From NCBI GenBank assembly GCA_002633005.1, contig NMRA01000405.1:315274-375650 (forward strand): DNA of 60,377 bases, given 5' to 3'. Below the pieces are notes generated by a model. The model saw only the letters and a program-made list of their open reading frames with translations. It was not told the DNA's origin and made no database searches. Source of the stretch: Phoronis australis (taxonomy: Eukaryota > Animalia > Phoronida). Both the position numbers and the translations under genes were made by a program. Each line of letters begins with the position of its first letter. Position 1 is the first letter of the stretch. Below, piece after piece: positions 49,099 through 60,377 of this stretch.

Positions 49099-52000
49099 AG
49101 TTTAAGGAATTTATGCATGCAATCACAGAGGTCGCTGCACTGTTGGTTTGTGGCTGTTCGTTTTAATATTTTTTGTGACAAGAATTCATGTTGATATCAG
49201 ATGTGTGTGTACAAAAGCAACAAGCAGGGCGTGCATGTAAATATGAATGGGAAAAAAGTGTTTAATTTTGTAACTGCGTTTGAATGGTGGCGAATATCTG
49301 TCACCCGGATCCTAACTTGAACACGAATGAGTGTTCATTATAGTTTTAGCTAAACATATATCGTAGGCCAAGTTTGCGACATAAGTCCAATGTTTTTGTT
49401 ACAGTAATTATTCCTGGCATCTAATTGGTTGGTTTATTCCAGTAGTAACTATTTATTCCAGAAATGAATATTAATTACAGTAATAAGTATTTATTACAGT
49501 GATTAGTCCTGGCTTCTGATTGGCTAAAGAATTATTACTGGAATAAAACGCGAATTATTACAGTAACAAATCGGACTTAAGTTGCACTTTGCCTACGATA
49601 AACGTACAAGTTTTACCCATGTGTAAGTTGTGATACGGGACACATCCGTAGGTGTCTGGGAAGGATTCCATAACTATCTGATCCGACCAATACATCTGTG
49701 CGGTGGCCAGCACATGCAATACTATGTACAAATGGGGCACAAGCATACCTTATCCGCTCTGTATCCTGAATTGTCCTATGTATAGCACCCTTTCTCTGTG
49801 TGACGCAGAATTTCAGATGTATCGATAGTATTATTTATTATTCCTTGATTGTTACATTGGTATATGTGGATTGTTCATAAAATAACCATATACGAAACGT
49901 GTAGATGAAATAAACGTCTAAGAGTACACCTCAAAACGAGTTGTTTTTTATAATCTATTTTCGGTTCACATGCTGGCTGAAACTCTAGCGCTTTCGCTAG
50001 CACTTTCGATAACAGCAAAACGCCACCAATGTTAGCGGAAACAAGGGTCACCTTGGCTGGCTTTTTGCTGGAGGTTCAAATCCGAGTTACCTCGAAACTA
50101 GTGGTGTTTTTGCTTGCACTTTTCATAGCTGATTCGCTTACTTCAAAGGACACACATGCGCTTTATTTCATCATCTCGGTGACACAGAATGAACGTGTCT
50201 AAGTCATTTTTGGTTTAAATGCGTTTCGGGTCGTGAGGACTGAAACGAACTAACCACTGGCGAAAAAACTCCTTCGCGAACAGCTCGTCTGAAAACGCCA
50301 GCGTTTTCGCTATCGTTTTAGCTTGTGAAACTCTGCTAGCATTTTCGCCACTTGAGAGCCCGGTGCAAGTTGCGGAAAAATAATGATCAATGCATTTGAG
50401 TTTTGAGTTAAAAAGTCCGTAAAAATCAGGTTGGCGTTAGGCTTGTGACGAATCATTGCGACAGTTGCGTGGGGAAACACGATCCGGCCCAGGAAACATC
50501 GAAAATCTCAGTTATGGGATAAAATGACGAGTAAGGAAAGCCGACAACAGCCTAATTATCAGAAGCGCAAATGGCCACCTGTGATGTCACAAGACAATGT
50601 CATGCTTTTTTCTTTAAGTGTCCGTAATAGTCGTGCAGATAACTTTGACCAGATATCAGATAATACACGCTTGGGTGCTGGCTTACTGCGAGGTAGGAAA
50701 CAACGGGTAACTGTTAATTCAGTTGAATATCTTTGTCAACAAGAAGGAGATCAGGAAATATATTTGCCATTAGGTGGATGTATGCAATGCAGATTGTCCC
50801 AATACAAATACGGAGTTTAAAAGAATACCGTTCCCGCGATTGTTTGGACAAGGATGTGGTCATCTTTGAACATAGCTACCACCGAATCCGCCAATGGTAT
50901 CTGGAAAAAATGTCATAGAGACTAAATCCAGAGGGAGTTTACCGCGACTGTGAGCAAATTGCCGAACGTCGGCACTCTTCCGTAGAAATTGGTGATGAAA
51001 ATTATACGTTTTCGTAGTGACTTTTAACCAAAATATCGAACTTTTCCGTAGAGACTTCAGACGAAAAAGATGCCTTTCGATCGTAGATATTTCGGGCGAA
51101 AAGATACCCTTTCGTAGAGAATCTGGCCGGAAAGTGGCCCTTCAGGGTGACACATCCCTTATACACCACGTATATAACTACCCTCGAGCTTGCCCCCCTT
51201 CTCACCTGTTTGAATGCCCCCAACCGATGTAGATGCCCGAGGCTATCGCCATGTTGACCCCGACCCGAGACCCGCTATATCGTGAGAAAAAAAAAACACT
51301 CCCACAGTCCCGCCAGGTGGTCATGGGAGTGACCTACCACGACTGTCGCTTAAAAAGTGGCTCTTTTCAAATGCACATCTTTGTATAACCAGTATGTGGG
51401 AATGCCCCCGGGATTTTGGAAGACTGAAGAGGCCTAAATTTAAATACAACTTAGGCCCCCAGTTATCGTTCATCCGCCACGCAATGACCGTCCTCTCTTT
51501 ACCGGTTACAGTAAACGAAACCCTTGAAAAATGATCCCCACTAACACAGTGTGAACGGACTGACACGTTTTCAACAACGACGATGGACCAAATCTTAACG
51601 TTGAAAATGTGGCTCCATTCATTTTTCCTCGGGGGTCAAGAACACAAAGTTAACAAAATGATCGAAATTACCCTTTCTGCTCACGTTTTTACAGATTTTT
51701 GTTTGGGATTTTGAAACGGATTCTGTAAAGAACAGTTCGAAATTGATGAGTTTCTACTAAAATGTGCATAAGAACAAATTCACTACTTGAACGAATTCGC
51801 CATTTAGATTGAAAACGTGCTGTGTCCAAACCACAATGGTTCTGCGTCTTCGGAACACGCGCGCTTTCACGGTAACGTTTGCATTATCATAAGCGAAGCA
51901 CTGCGTCCCCAACAACAATTCACAACAATTATTATTTGCTGAGACACCAACTAAATTGTGAATTCGTATAACAGTGATCTTTAATTTTTAGTCGTCCTTG

Positions 52001-52166
52001 TGTTAGATTGCTCCTCAATTTTCTGCCGTGTTCTTGTGTTCATGTCAAGTACTTATAATCTCACCTGTACCACTGAAGTTCCGCATCGGATTACTTGCAC
52101 TGTATTTTACCAAGAAGCAAATAGTGAAGTGAACACTTTCGAGGAACTTGACTGACTTCACTGAGT

Positions 52167-52445
52167 CATGCGCGCACCCAGCCTAAATTTTCTGATATGC
52201 GCACCTTTTACTGAAAGAAATCAACGAGAACTAAAAAAAAACAAAAAACGGGCCTACTAGATTCAGGCCCACGAATTTTGCATCCCCGCCGACTTCACGT
52301 GGATTTTGTGGACTTTTGTCTCGTTCAATCGATCGGAATTTTTGTTTCACTGAGGCGGACCTTTTTGCCTAATTCGCCAAACTTGGGGGGGGGGNGGGCT
52401 CAGTTGAGCCTCCCCAGCCCCCCCTCCCTCCTGGGTGCGCCCATG
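52167..52445. mobile_element. MITE with CATG termini
   Basis: CATGCGCGCACCCAG / CTGGGTGCGCCCATG; flanks TGAGT/TGAAT. Confidence 0.55.
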
Positions 52446-53099
52446 TGAATGCAATCTGTTTCTTCATGTGAAGGTCTTTTCTACGATCATTTCTCTGTCA
52501 GATGAACAGTGGCCAAATCAGAGGAGTTTTATGGTATACAACGTGGTATACCCTGTCAAATCGTGTAGGCTGGCTACATTGCTCAGAAAAGCGATTCATA
52601 ACAGAGAGAACAATCATAATTCGTATAGCACTGTCTTGTATTATTTAATTATCAGCAGTCGGAGGAGAGAGAGGAGGATTTTCCCACTGTAGCCATTTGT
52701 ATCATTTCCATGGAACTCGACAAGTTTGCAATTTTAAAAGCACCTGACACACGTCATTCGCACTCTTTGTTCTAAGATAGTCTTTTATCGCAACCTGCGA
52801 ATTCACTTGTTTTTATCTAACTTAATGGGAATCAGACAGAAGTCTGGACACCCACCATGTTTTCGATATTTACTGAGGCTCGAGGCTTACGCTGCTGTAA
52901 GACAGGCCCTGAATAAATGAACATTCTTGAATTCGTGTAAAAAAGAAAACGTATTACAAATCATCGAAATCAAACAGTAAAGTCGTCGTTTGTATTTTTG
53001 AAGAAACTGTTCGCAACTTCTTCCATTTCTGGAATTCGTTAGGCCGGACGAACCATGGTTCACCATTTCTGAGATTGAAACTGATTCACGTTTATGGCG

Positions 53100-53350
53100 C
53101 ATGCACGCTTCCAAGGGGGCTGTGCCTTGGGGGCTCGAATGAGCCTCCCATTTGGCGAAGTGGATAAAAAGGTCCGCCTCAGGGTAATAAAAAGTCAGAG
53201 AAAACGACACAAAAAGTCCACTAAAAAGGCACAGCAGTTCACAGACCTGAAGGTGGTACCCTTTTTTTAGTTGTCCCGCTTTTTTGTTAGCAAAAGGTCC
53301 ACTTTGTCAGAGATTCGAGCCCCCCATATTAAAGGCTTGGTGCACGCATG
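53100..53350. mobile_element. MITE with CATG termini (related family)
   Basis: CATGCACGCTTCCAAG / CTTGGTGCACGCATG; flanks TGGCG/TGACG. Confidence 0.5.
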
Positions 53351-54728
53351 TGACGTGATCGGTAACTAAATTTGATTGTCAGATGGTGCAAAAACTCTGG
53401 GTTTCGACTTGTACGTCGTTATTTTAAACATTGCACACAATCCCTCATTTTGACATACTGGTACACGTATTCGACACACTCAGGCAAACGCTTTTGGACA
53501 CTCGTCAAATGTACTTCAACGACATTCTTTTCCGTTCATTTATAAAAAATCTGATAAAATAAAGTTAATACAAAACAGTTTAACCAAAATTTCTTTCCAA
53601 ATGATACTCTTTCAACGGTTTATTATTTATTACAACATAAACTATATTTAACGTTTAAGAGGGCTGGAACGCGATAAACAGACTAAATTGTAATATTGAA
53701 AGTGGTTCTCTACCACAGAAACAAATTAACCTACTCACTAGGTATTTTTAGGGTTTGTTCGTAAAGATTTTTAATTTCTGTTGATATCAAAGCATTTTAT
53801 TTTAGTTTCAAATTTCAAAAAAAAAAAAACGATTTGTCAACTGCTGGCTACTTCGTCGACATTTCTCTCACAAGATAAAGCACGTTTCCTTAGGTGGTAT
53901 GACAAGACACAGACATAGCACATTTCTCCTACATGGAAATTGTGAGCTTTGACTTCGAGCGACTTCAAGCAATTCACTGACTGTGAGCGCATGCGCGCAT
54001 TTGACTTAAGCAGCAGGGAGATTAGAAACTCTGTGGTAACCACAGTTTTCCTTCGCGGGTATTTAAAAATCGTGGATTTTGTGACTTTATTCTGGACATT
54101 TCCGCACGGGGAAAGTAAATTACTCCGTACTAGACGTTGCGAGATGGTACTTTCGTCAGGAATTGTTCAAAAACTATTTATTTTTGACGAGGTTTCGCGT
54201 TCCATGTCTCTTTTAAATGTCCGATCAGAAGGTGGACAACATTGAAAAATCACACGTGATTAGCGCTCATGACGTCTGATCTGCCTTCTTACCGTCTGTC
54301 TACGAGACAGTCAGAAGACTACGAACATTTAATACGACGTAATTTCTTGTGGTTAGGCTCTGAATATTAGCATTTTTTAATTGAATATGCTTAAAGCGGT
54401 TGACCTTTATTCTTATCAGACGTTCCATCTGCCTTATAAAACTTCCACGTCCAAATGTGGGGTAAATTTTAAGAGTGGTGCACTAACAAAGTGGCTGTAA
54501 TGTTCAGTGAATGTCATTCACACGACTTGTAAAATTTAGTGTTTAATAAAACGCAGTTGTACAAGGGGCTGTGTCTTTCGATTTGCGAGACACATTCTAT
54601 GGTGAAAACAGAGGAAAGAGCTGTGTCTTTCATGTGTTGAACTATCGCACCTTATCAATCCTTCGTCATCCACCCGTGCGTCCATTTATAACTCGCTAAT
54701 TCACGCAGAAGATCACTCAGAGAGAATC

Positions 54729-54819
54729 ATGACTGGACTTACCTTCGCACTGTTTCTTGCGTTCAACATAGCCTACGCGGCTAGAACCTCGTACAAGACT
54801 ATCCAGTATTCCAACTGCG
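54729..54819 (+). CDS. GM2A: GM2A-like exon 1 (signal peptide)
   Basis: MTGLTFALFLAFNIAYAARTSYKTIQYSNC; GTAAG donor. Confidence 0.82.
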
Positions 54820-57800
54820 GTAAGAATCACACTGATGTACAAAAATATGGAATTTGTTGATTATAGGGCAGAAAAAGTTTTTGATAAATTTGAACTCTTG
54901 GAAAATAGTATGGAAACTTCCGAGGCGTTTTTTAGTGTCCTTAGAACCGACTTTTCAGAATATGAAGTATTCTGCTTCTTCAGCTGTAAACTGCTTTATA
55001 GACAACGGTGACGTCAAAAACAGGCATCTTGTGTTCATCATCAACTCTTCCGTCAGTAGGCTGCAACACTATACCGACCATACATGTATGTACGCTATGT
55101 CTTGGGTGGGCAGGCGTCTACGTGCAGACAACTGGTAACAATTGAAGAGAAAGAAGACAAACAGAGGTACTTCGACGTTCATAGGCAGGTCCAGAGGGGA
55201 GGGGGGCAAGGGGGTCCGGTCGGACCCCTTTCCCCCTTGACGTTAGTGATATCAAACCTAGAATTGTTGACTTAGACCGCCTTTCAAAAATCCTGGATCC
55301 CCTGAAGTAAGGTGTAAAAGCTATCAGTTACGTGGCAGTAATGAGTTAAGTACTGACGAAAGCTTTACACACTGTCACCGTGATACATTCTTTAACACGA
55401 TTGGTTACGAAAGCAGAAAAATCAGGAACCCCATCTGGGAATCGAGCCACAGGTCTCTAGATTGCCGGTCTAGTGTTTTCACTACTGGCCAACCTCAGCG
55501 TCTATATATTTACTATATGGTTACGAAAGCAGTAGACAAAAATTGTTTACAAGGCAAGTAACCATCTACACGTACTCGTCCTTCGCTTACTCCTGTACTA
55601 CTTACGTTGTAACATATTCTAGTGTGGTATACCTCAATGCGTCCCTGAGTAAGTAGTTTAAACCTGAAAACACTACATGGCTGCCGTCTTAAAAAACAAC
55701 ATGTTGGTGAATATTGACTTCAAAGTTCAAGCCATGGGAACGCATACATGTAGGCCTACCTTGTCCCCAGGTGCGTGTAGTACATCTCTGCAACGTTATG
55801 GAAATCAAGCAAACTAACATCTTCTTTCTGCATTATTCAGATACAAACGCTCCAATAAGAGTGAATACTGTAGATGTCTCTCCAATGCCCGTCGGTATTC
55901 CGGGCGAGTTTGAACTCTCCTTCGATGCCTCTGTTACCCGGGACATTCAGGGACCCGCCAGTCTTGAGTTGAAAATAAACAAAGAGAAATTAATATTTTC
56001 TCCCAAAATCCCATGTCTTGCCAAAGTGGGATCCTGGTAAGTGTTTATTTTCTGCTTAATTTTATGTGTAAACTCTCACACTTTCATTATGCTCTTAAAA
56101 ACGGTACTACTAATTATCTATTACCCTCGTAAACATTTTGAAGTTTGAAGAAAAATTGAAACCTNTTTTATAAATTTAAAAAAATTAATAGTAAAATAAC
56201 GAGAGTATGTACATGGCTGTAATTTACGAAAAGAGTTAATTTTAGTGATATCTTTCGATTGGCAAAGCTCAACTTGTGATCTAAGCAGGCGAAAGTCAAG
56301 GAAATAGTGACTTTAAAAATCTGCTTAATTGGCACCGGTGAATAACAGACGAGGAGGATAAATCGACAGCTGTGGGTTCGGAGTTTTTTGTCAATGGGGA
56401 GTTTTAAATGAATAAACCTTATATTACCTTGGGTAATTTTGGCTGCAGTACAGGAAACGACAAAGCCTTTGTTTATAAAATTGTAGTGTTAGACTACATT
56501 TAAATTGCACCACTTCCGTCTGTGTTGTATTCACTTCAGGAATTGTCGAGTTTTACTGCACTCGCTCACGTGGTTAGAGATGTCCAATTTAGTAAAATAT
56601 ATGTTTAACAGTGCCGGTCACATAGAGATTGTTCAAAGTTAGAAATATTGGGTATTCATATTTTTACATGTAATTTTCATTATATAGTTGTATTCTAGTC
56701 TTTAGGCTTTAATTGTAATTCTCTATAAGTACACTAACATATAAAGTGTTCTTTAGTGGATCAGCGAAAGGTAGAAGTTTTCCTTGATGGTGAATATTTT
56801 ATGTACCAAGGTTTATTTTTCAAAGCAATATTTTCGAAATTGCATTTAAGTTAACAAATCTCTCCATCTCTCAATTGGAATATTGTTTACGCAATTATAG
56901 ACCAATTGGTCACATAATATGACCAATATGCAGTGACTGAAGTGTGCGATCTCATTATATATTTGTCGTCAATGAAACTATACCTCTGTATTGGAGGCTC
57001 TGCCAGGTTTTGCATTTATAACGAACTTGTATTCCAAATAGCAAATACGATGACGTCTGCACACTTCTGGACCAAATGGAGTCTGAAACGGCGTCAAAAG
57101 ACATGGCTGTCCAGATTAAGTCAATGGTTAAGGAGCAATTAGGGATGACGCAGATATGTCCTCTGAAAGCCGGTGATTACACTGTCAGCAAGGCCAAGTT
57201 TAAGGTGCAGGGTGTATCAAAACTCCTGTCAATGTTCGCCTCAGTAAGTAGGAACCGGAACGTTCAAATGTGAATGGGTGGGCGCATGTAGTCACGTACT
57301 TATGCAAATAGGTTTCGGTGCGACCACTGATTGAAGACTGGTTCGAGTTAACCCCTTTATTAATCTCGAGTGTAAGTTCACAAGTGTACGCAAACAAAAT
57401 GCCCAGCATAACGTCCGTTCTATGTTCCAGTCAGTGCTGCGAAGCCTTGACATGTGACAAACTTCTGTTACACAGTTACACTCGCCGATTCATTAACCTG
57501 CTGTCTCTATAGATGTCTGTGGGTCTCTATTGACTAACACTATAACTGGTGATTCTTTAATTGCAATTCAATTTTACCTGTAATTATATAGCTTTAACTC
57601 ATCTTCAACTCTACTGTCACCGATCCTTGCCTGCCGTAGTGGGTATTTATAGTCTCTTACAATGTTCTATTCACTTCAAGCGCATTCCATAACTTTCCGG
57701 AATTTACCCAATCCTTCTACAAACATATACTAGGCTCTGGATTGTTCCAGGCTACGGTTCTATTTTAGCCATTTATATACTGGAATCTACTAGAATGTGC

Positions 57801-58592
57801 TATAGTGTTGTATTGTAAATACAGCACATCATCACTGGCCTGACCTCATAGGTGCTAGTAAACAGACAGAATAGCAAAAATACAACTTATGGAACTAAAT
57901 CAATGTCAGTCTACTTCTGACATCGAGGGGGATCTTCTGTTAGGGTGGGGTTATCGTCCAAGGCGCTATTAATCAATCTGCTGTCGTGCATCATAAGTGT
58001 GACCGTTTAAGTCTCTATGTTAATGGTATAATGCCATTTGCAACTAGCTGGCCCGTGTAGTGTGGGAAGAACATTATACGTTTGGTGCTACAGCCCAGTA
58101 ACGCCGTAACTCTGATCAGCTTCTTTTCTTTGGAAACGCGCCAACTGAAATGACTAAGCGATAACACTGCCTGCAAGCTTTGGACGCGCGCGCAATGGCT
58201 CCTTGCCCTGAATTGCGTCTATTCGATATTCGAATAGGGAGGAGGGACATCTCATTGGGCGATTCAGGGTGACCTTTGACAGAACAGAACCAGGGGAGAA
58301 AGCAGCAGAACTGATGACGACCAAACAGAAGAGTTAATGAATAGCAAAGGCTAAGCCTACTACTATATGATGTGGCTACTTACTTTTCTAGTCAAGCTTG
58401 CTACGTGTTTATGTTTATATTTGCCGGTTCGCCGTAATGACTAGTCTATTGCATACCTAATTTCTCACTTGCATACTCTTCCAGGGCGACTATAAAGCCA
58501 ACATACTAGTTAAAGACCAGTCTGGAACGCTAATGTGCTTGGACGTGAAATTGTCAGTTGAAGACAAGGGAAAGTTATTCCCTGGAAAATAA
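54729..58592 (+). CDS. GM2A: Ganglioside GM2 activator-like protein (ML / MD-2-related lipid-recognition domain), 4 exons, 198 aa, signal peptide
   Basis: Exons 54729-54819, 55841-56036, 57042-57243, 58485-58592; total 597 nt, phases consistent. Hydrophobic signal MTGLTFALFLAFNIAYA, then YSNC, VSPMPVGIPG, KIPCLAKVGSCKYDDVC, CPLKAGDY, ASGDYKA, LMCLDVKLS: the six-cysteine GM2AP pattern. Confidence 0.88.
55425..55495 (-). mobile_element. Degenerate tRNA-like SINE head
   Basis: Minus strand GTTGGCCAGTAGTG..GGCTCGATTCCC with A/B-box spacing; no complete cloverleaf. Confidence 0.4.
55841..56036 (+). CDS. GM2A: GM2A-like exon 2
   Basis: TNAPIRVNTVDVSPMPVGIPG...KIPCLAKVGS. Confidence 0.9.
57042..57243 (+). 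CDS. GM2A: GM2A-like exon 3
   Basis: CKYDDVCTLLD...ICPLKAGDYTV...MFAS. Confidence 0.9.
58485..58592 (+). CDS. GM2A: GM2A-like exon 4 (stop)
   Basis: GDYKANILVKDQSGTLMCLDVKLSVEDKGKLFPGK*. Confidence 0.88.
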   Translation, partial: GDYKANILVKDQSGTLMCLDVKLSVEDKGKLFPGK

Positions 58593-60377
58593 ATTGACCA
58601 AGACGACAGAGAATGGAACTTGCATTAGTTTGCTTGATTGACTGTTCAGTTTGTTTGTGGGAAATAAAATGTTATTCATACAACCAAGAAAACTATTACT
58701 TTTGAAGAGTGTAGTCAGGTATATTTTGGCCTCCAGGTGAAAAATGTCGGTTTTAAGGCTGCGTCCATTCGTTTTAATCGTTTTGAGTCGATACCAACAC
58801 ATTTTAAAGCGGACGAAAGCTCGCCTTATGATTACACGTACATGTAAAAAGGCGCCAATTGTCACGGAACCCAGATCACTACGGTCGGAAAATTCTAGTT
58901 ACTGCCATCTTAATAGGTCTTCCAAGTTGTCCCATAGACTTTAGGCCGCATGGGTCAATTCGCACATGCTCACGTTTTTCTAAATGCTCCATGACCGAAT
59001 TCAATCAGTCCTAGCGCCAATGTTTCACCTAATTTCTGCTTCTTACCGCTTACTACTGAAGTCTTTTGATGGAACATACACAGAACACACGGCGCACTGA
59101 AGTTTCTCTCATCTCAATCCATCATAATGTGCATCGGAGGTTGATAAGAAAAGTTATGGACAGAATCTTATGTGCTAGAGGAAATCCTAAACTTGACTGA
59201 CGTGACCGTGTTGCCGAGAAAACATGTTAAAAACGGAAATTGTGCTTTTGCTACATCAGGTGTCTCGTACAATTTTTGAACACATGAGAACATGTGCCAA
59301 TCTTCATTGACAAAGCGTTATTTACTGCACAACGAATTCTATTGAAGACGACACCGACGACGGGGATGACATCCATCCGGGTGATAGACAGTAATTAGAT
59401 TGGCATTTTCTTGTGCATATTCGAATTGAAATCAAACAGTTGACTTTCTCAGATCATTTAATCTCATTATAAATTCGATTACATGAATGAATGTCCATGC
59501 ACTCAAATATACATGCGGCACACACAGATCATAACTACAAGCATTTTGTTTGCGCTATTCATTTCGGCAATCCTGAACATCTATTACGCAGACACACTTT
59601 GTAGGCGAAGTACTGAATTTCGTGTTTCCTGGGCATTTGTGAATAACGCCAGGAGATGCTGGATGATTTAAGTAGTCGCGCTGTTCGAAGTGTGAACAGT
59701 TCAGCTTGGAAATGTAAACATTTCCTTGCATCACGCAACATCTTTTTGACTGTAGGCACTTCATGATTGGAGCTGAAACAGACAAAAACACTTTGGGATC
59801 TAGCAAACAACGAGCACCAACCCGCTAAAAGTTGGCATTTCCTTTGATGCAAAAGACTCTTGATCTTATGGGAACTAAACAATGCATATTTTTTCGATAA
59901 CTACTTGTTCTGAGGAATGGCAGCTGTCCCATTTCGGGAAAATTGCGCCACAAAGACCTGATCGCCGTCTGGTGGACGAGTGAATTTCAATATGGTGCAG
60001 CTATTTCGAAAGTCATCTATTGCTGCGGCGATGCTGACTAATATTCATTGGGCGGCTCATTACATAGTATTACTTATGGTGGCACTGAATAGTTAGGTTG
60101 TGGCCGCGGTCAATTTGCACTCCCAAAATGTTAAAATCTAGGGCTAGGCCAGGCTTGGGGGCATTTTTCAATTAGGTATTGTGTGTAGGCCAAGTGAATA
60201 TTTTTTTGTTGTATTTGTGAACATGCTGGGAATGAAAAAAGGCCAGTTTCTCGGCTGTAGCTGCACTCTTCTTCAAGATGGTGGCCCCCTGTTGCAGTTG
60301 TGCATTGCTGTGTAGCAACTGAGAAATTGGCCGCGATTTCAGGTAGCCCTCAAACAAGCCAGATTTGCAAAAAAACT

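Noticed and set aside
50400-51300. Cluster of short ORFs in intergenic DNA
   Set aside because: Interrupted by stops, with no identifiable domain; possibly a decayed TE but unsupported
55310-55372. Hammerhead ribozyme-like fold (GTGTAAAAGCT..GAAAGCTTTACAC)
   Set aside because: Core reads GTAATGA instead of CTGANGA and no stem I can be formed
57514-57834. Solo LTR in GM2A-like intron 3 (TG..CA, minus-strand TATA and ATTAAA)
   Set aside because: No matching TSD and no second copy in the window

Overview
Eukaryotic, intron-rich animal genomic DNA, probably a marine invertebrate (species not identifiable from sequence), with one assembly gap at 7850-7973. Three complete spliced genes were reconstructed by hand with consistent GT-AG phases. 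(1) BZW/5MP (eIF5-mimic, W2 domain): minus strand, 12 coding exons, 24322->2630, 423 aa. (2) DNAJC7 (TPR + J domain): plus strand, 13 exons, 25364-45887, 501 aa, head-to-head with BZW. (3) A GM2-activator/ML-domain secreted lipid-binding protein: plus strand, 4 exons, 54729-58592, 198 aa. Introns and intergenic DNA are packed with non-autonomous transposons: Helentron/DINE-1-like HINEs, hAT-like MITEs with 5- and 6-bp TSDs, palindromic Academ/MuDR-like elements, Kolobok-like THAP remnants, tRNA-derived SINEs and a LINE 5' fragment, plus several minisatellites. The most notable observations are: a HINE family carrying repeated CTCF-like motifs arranged convergently around the bidirectional promoter; repeated insertions at the central (A)TGACGTCAT palindrome of one MITE family; and the poor-context BZW start codon. 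No prokaryotic system or CRISPR array is present, and no new system is demonstrated; the findings are hypotheses.
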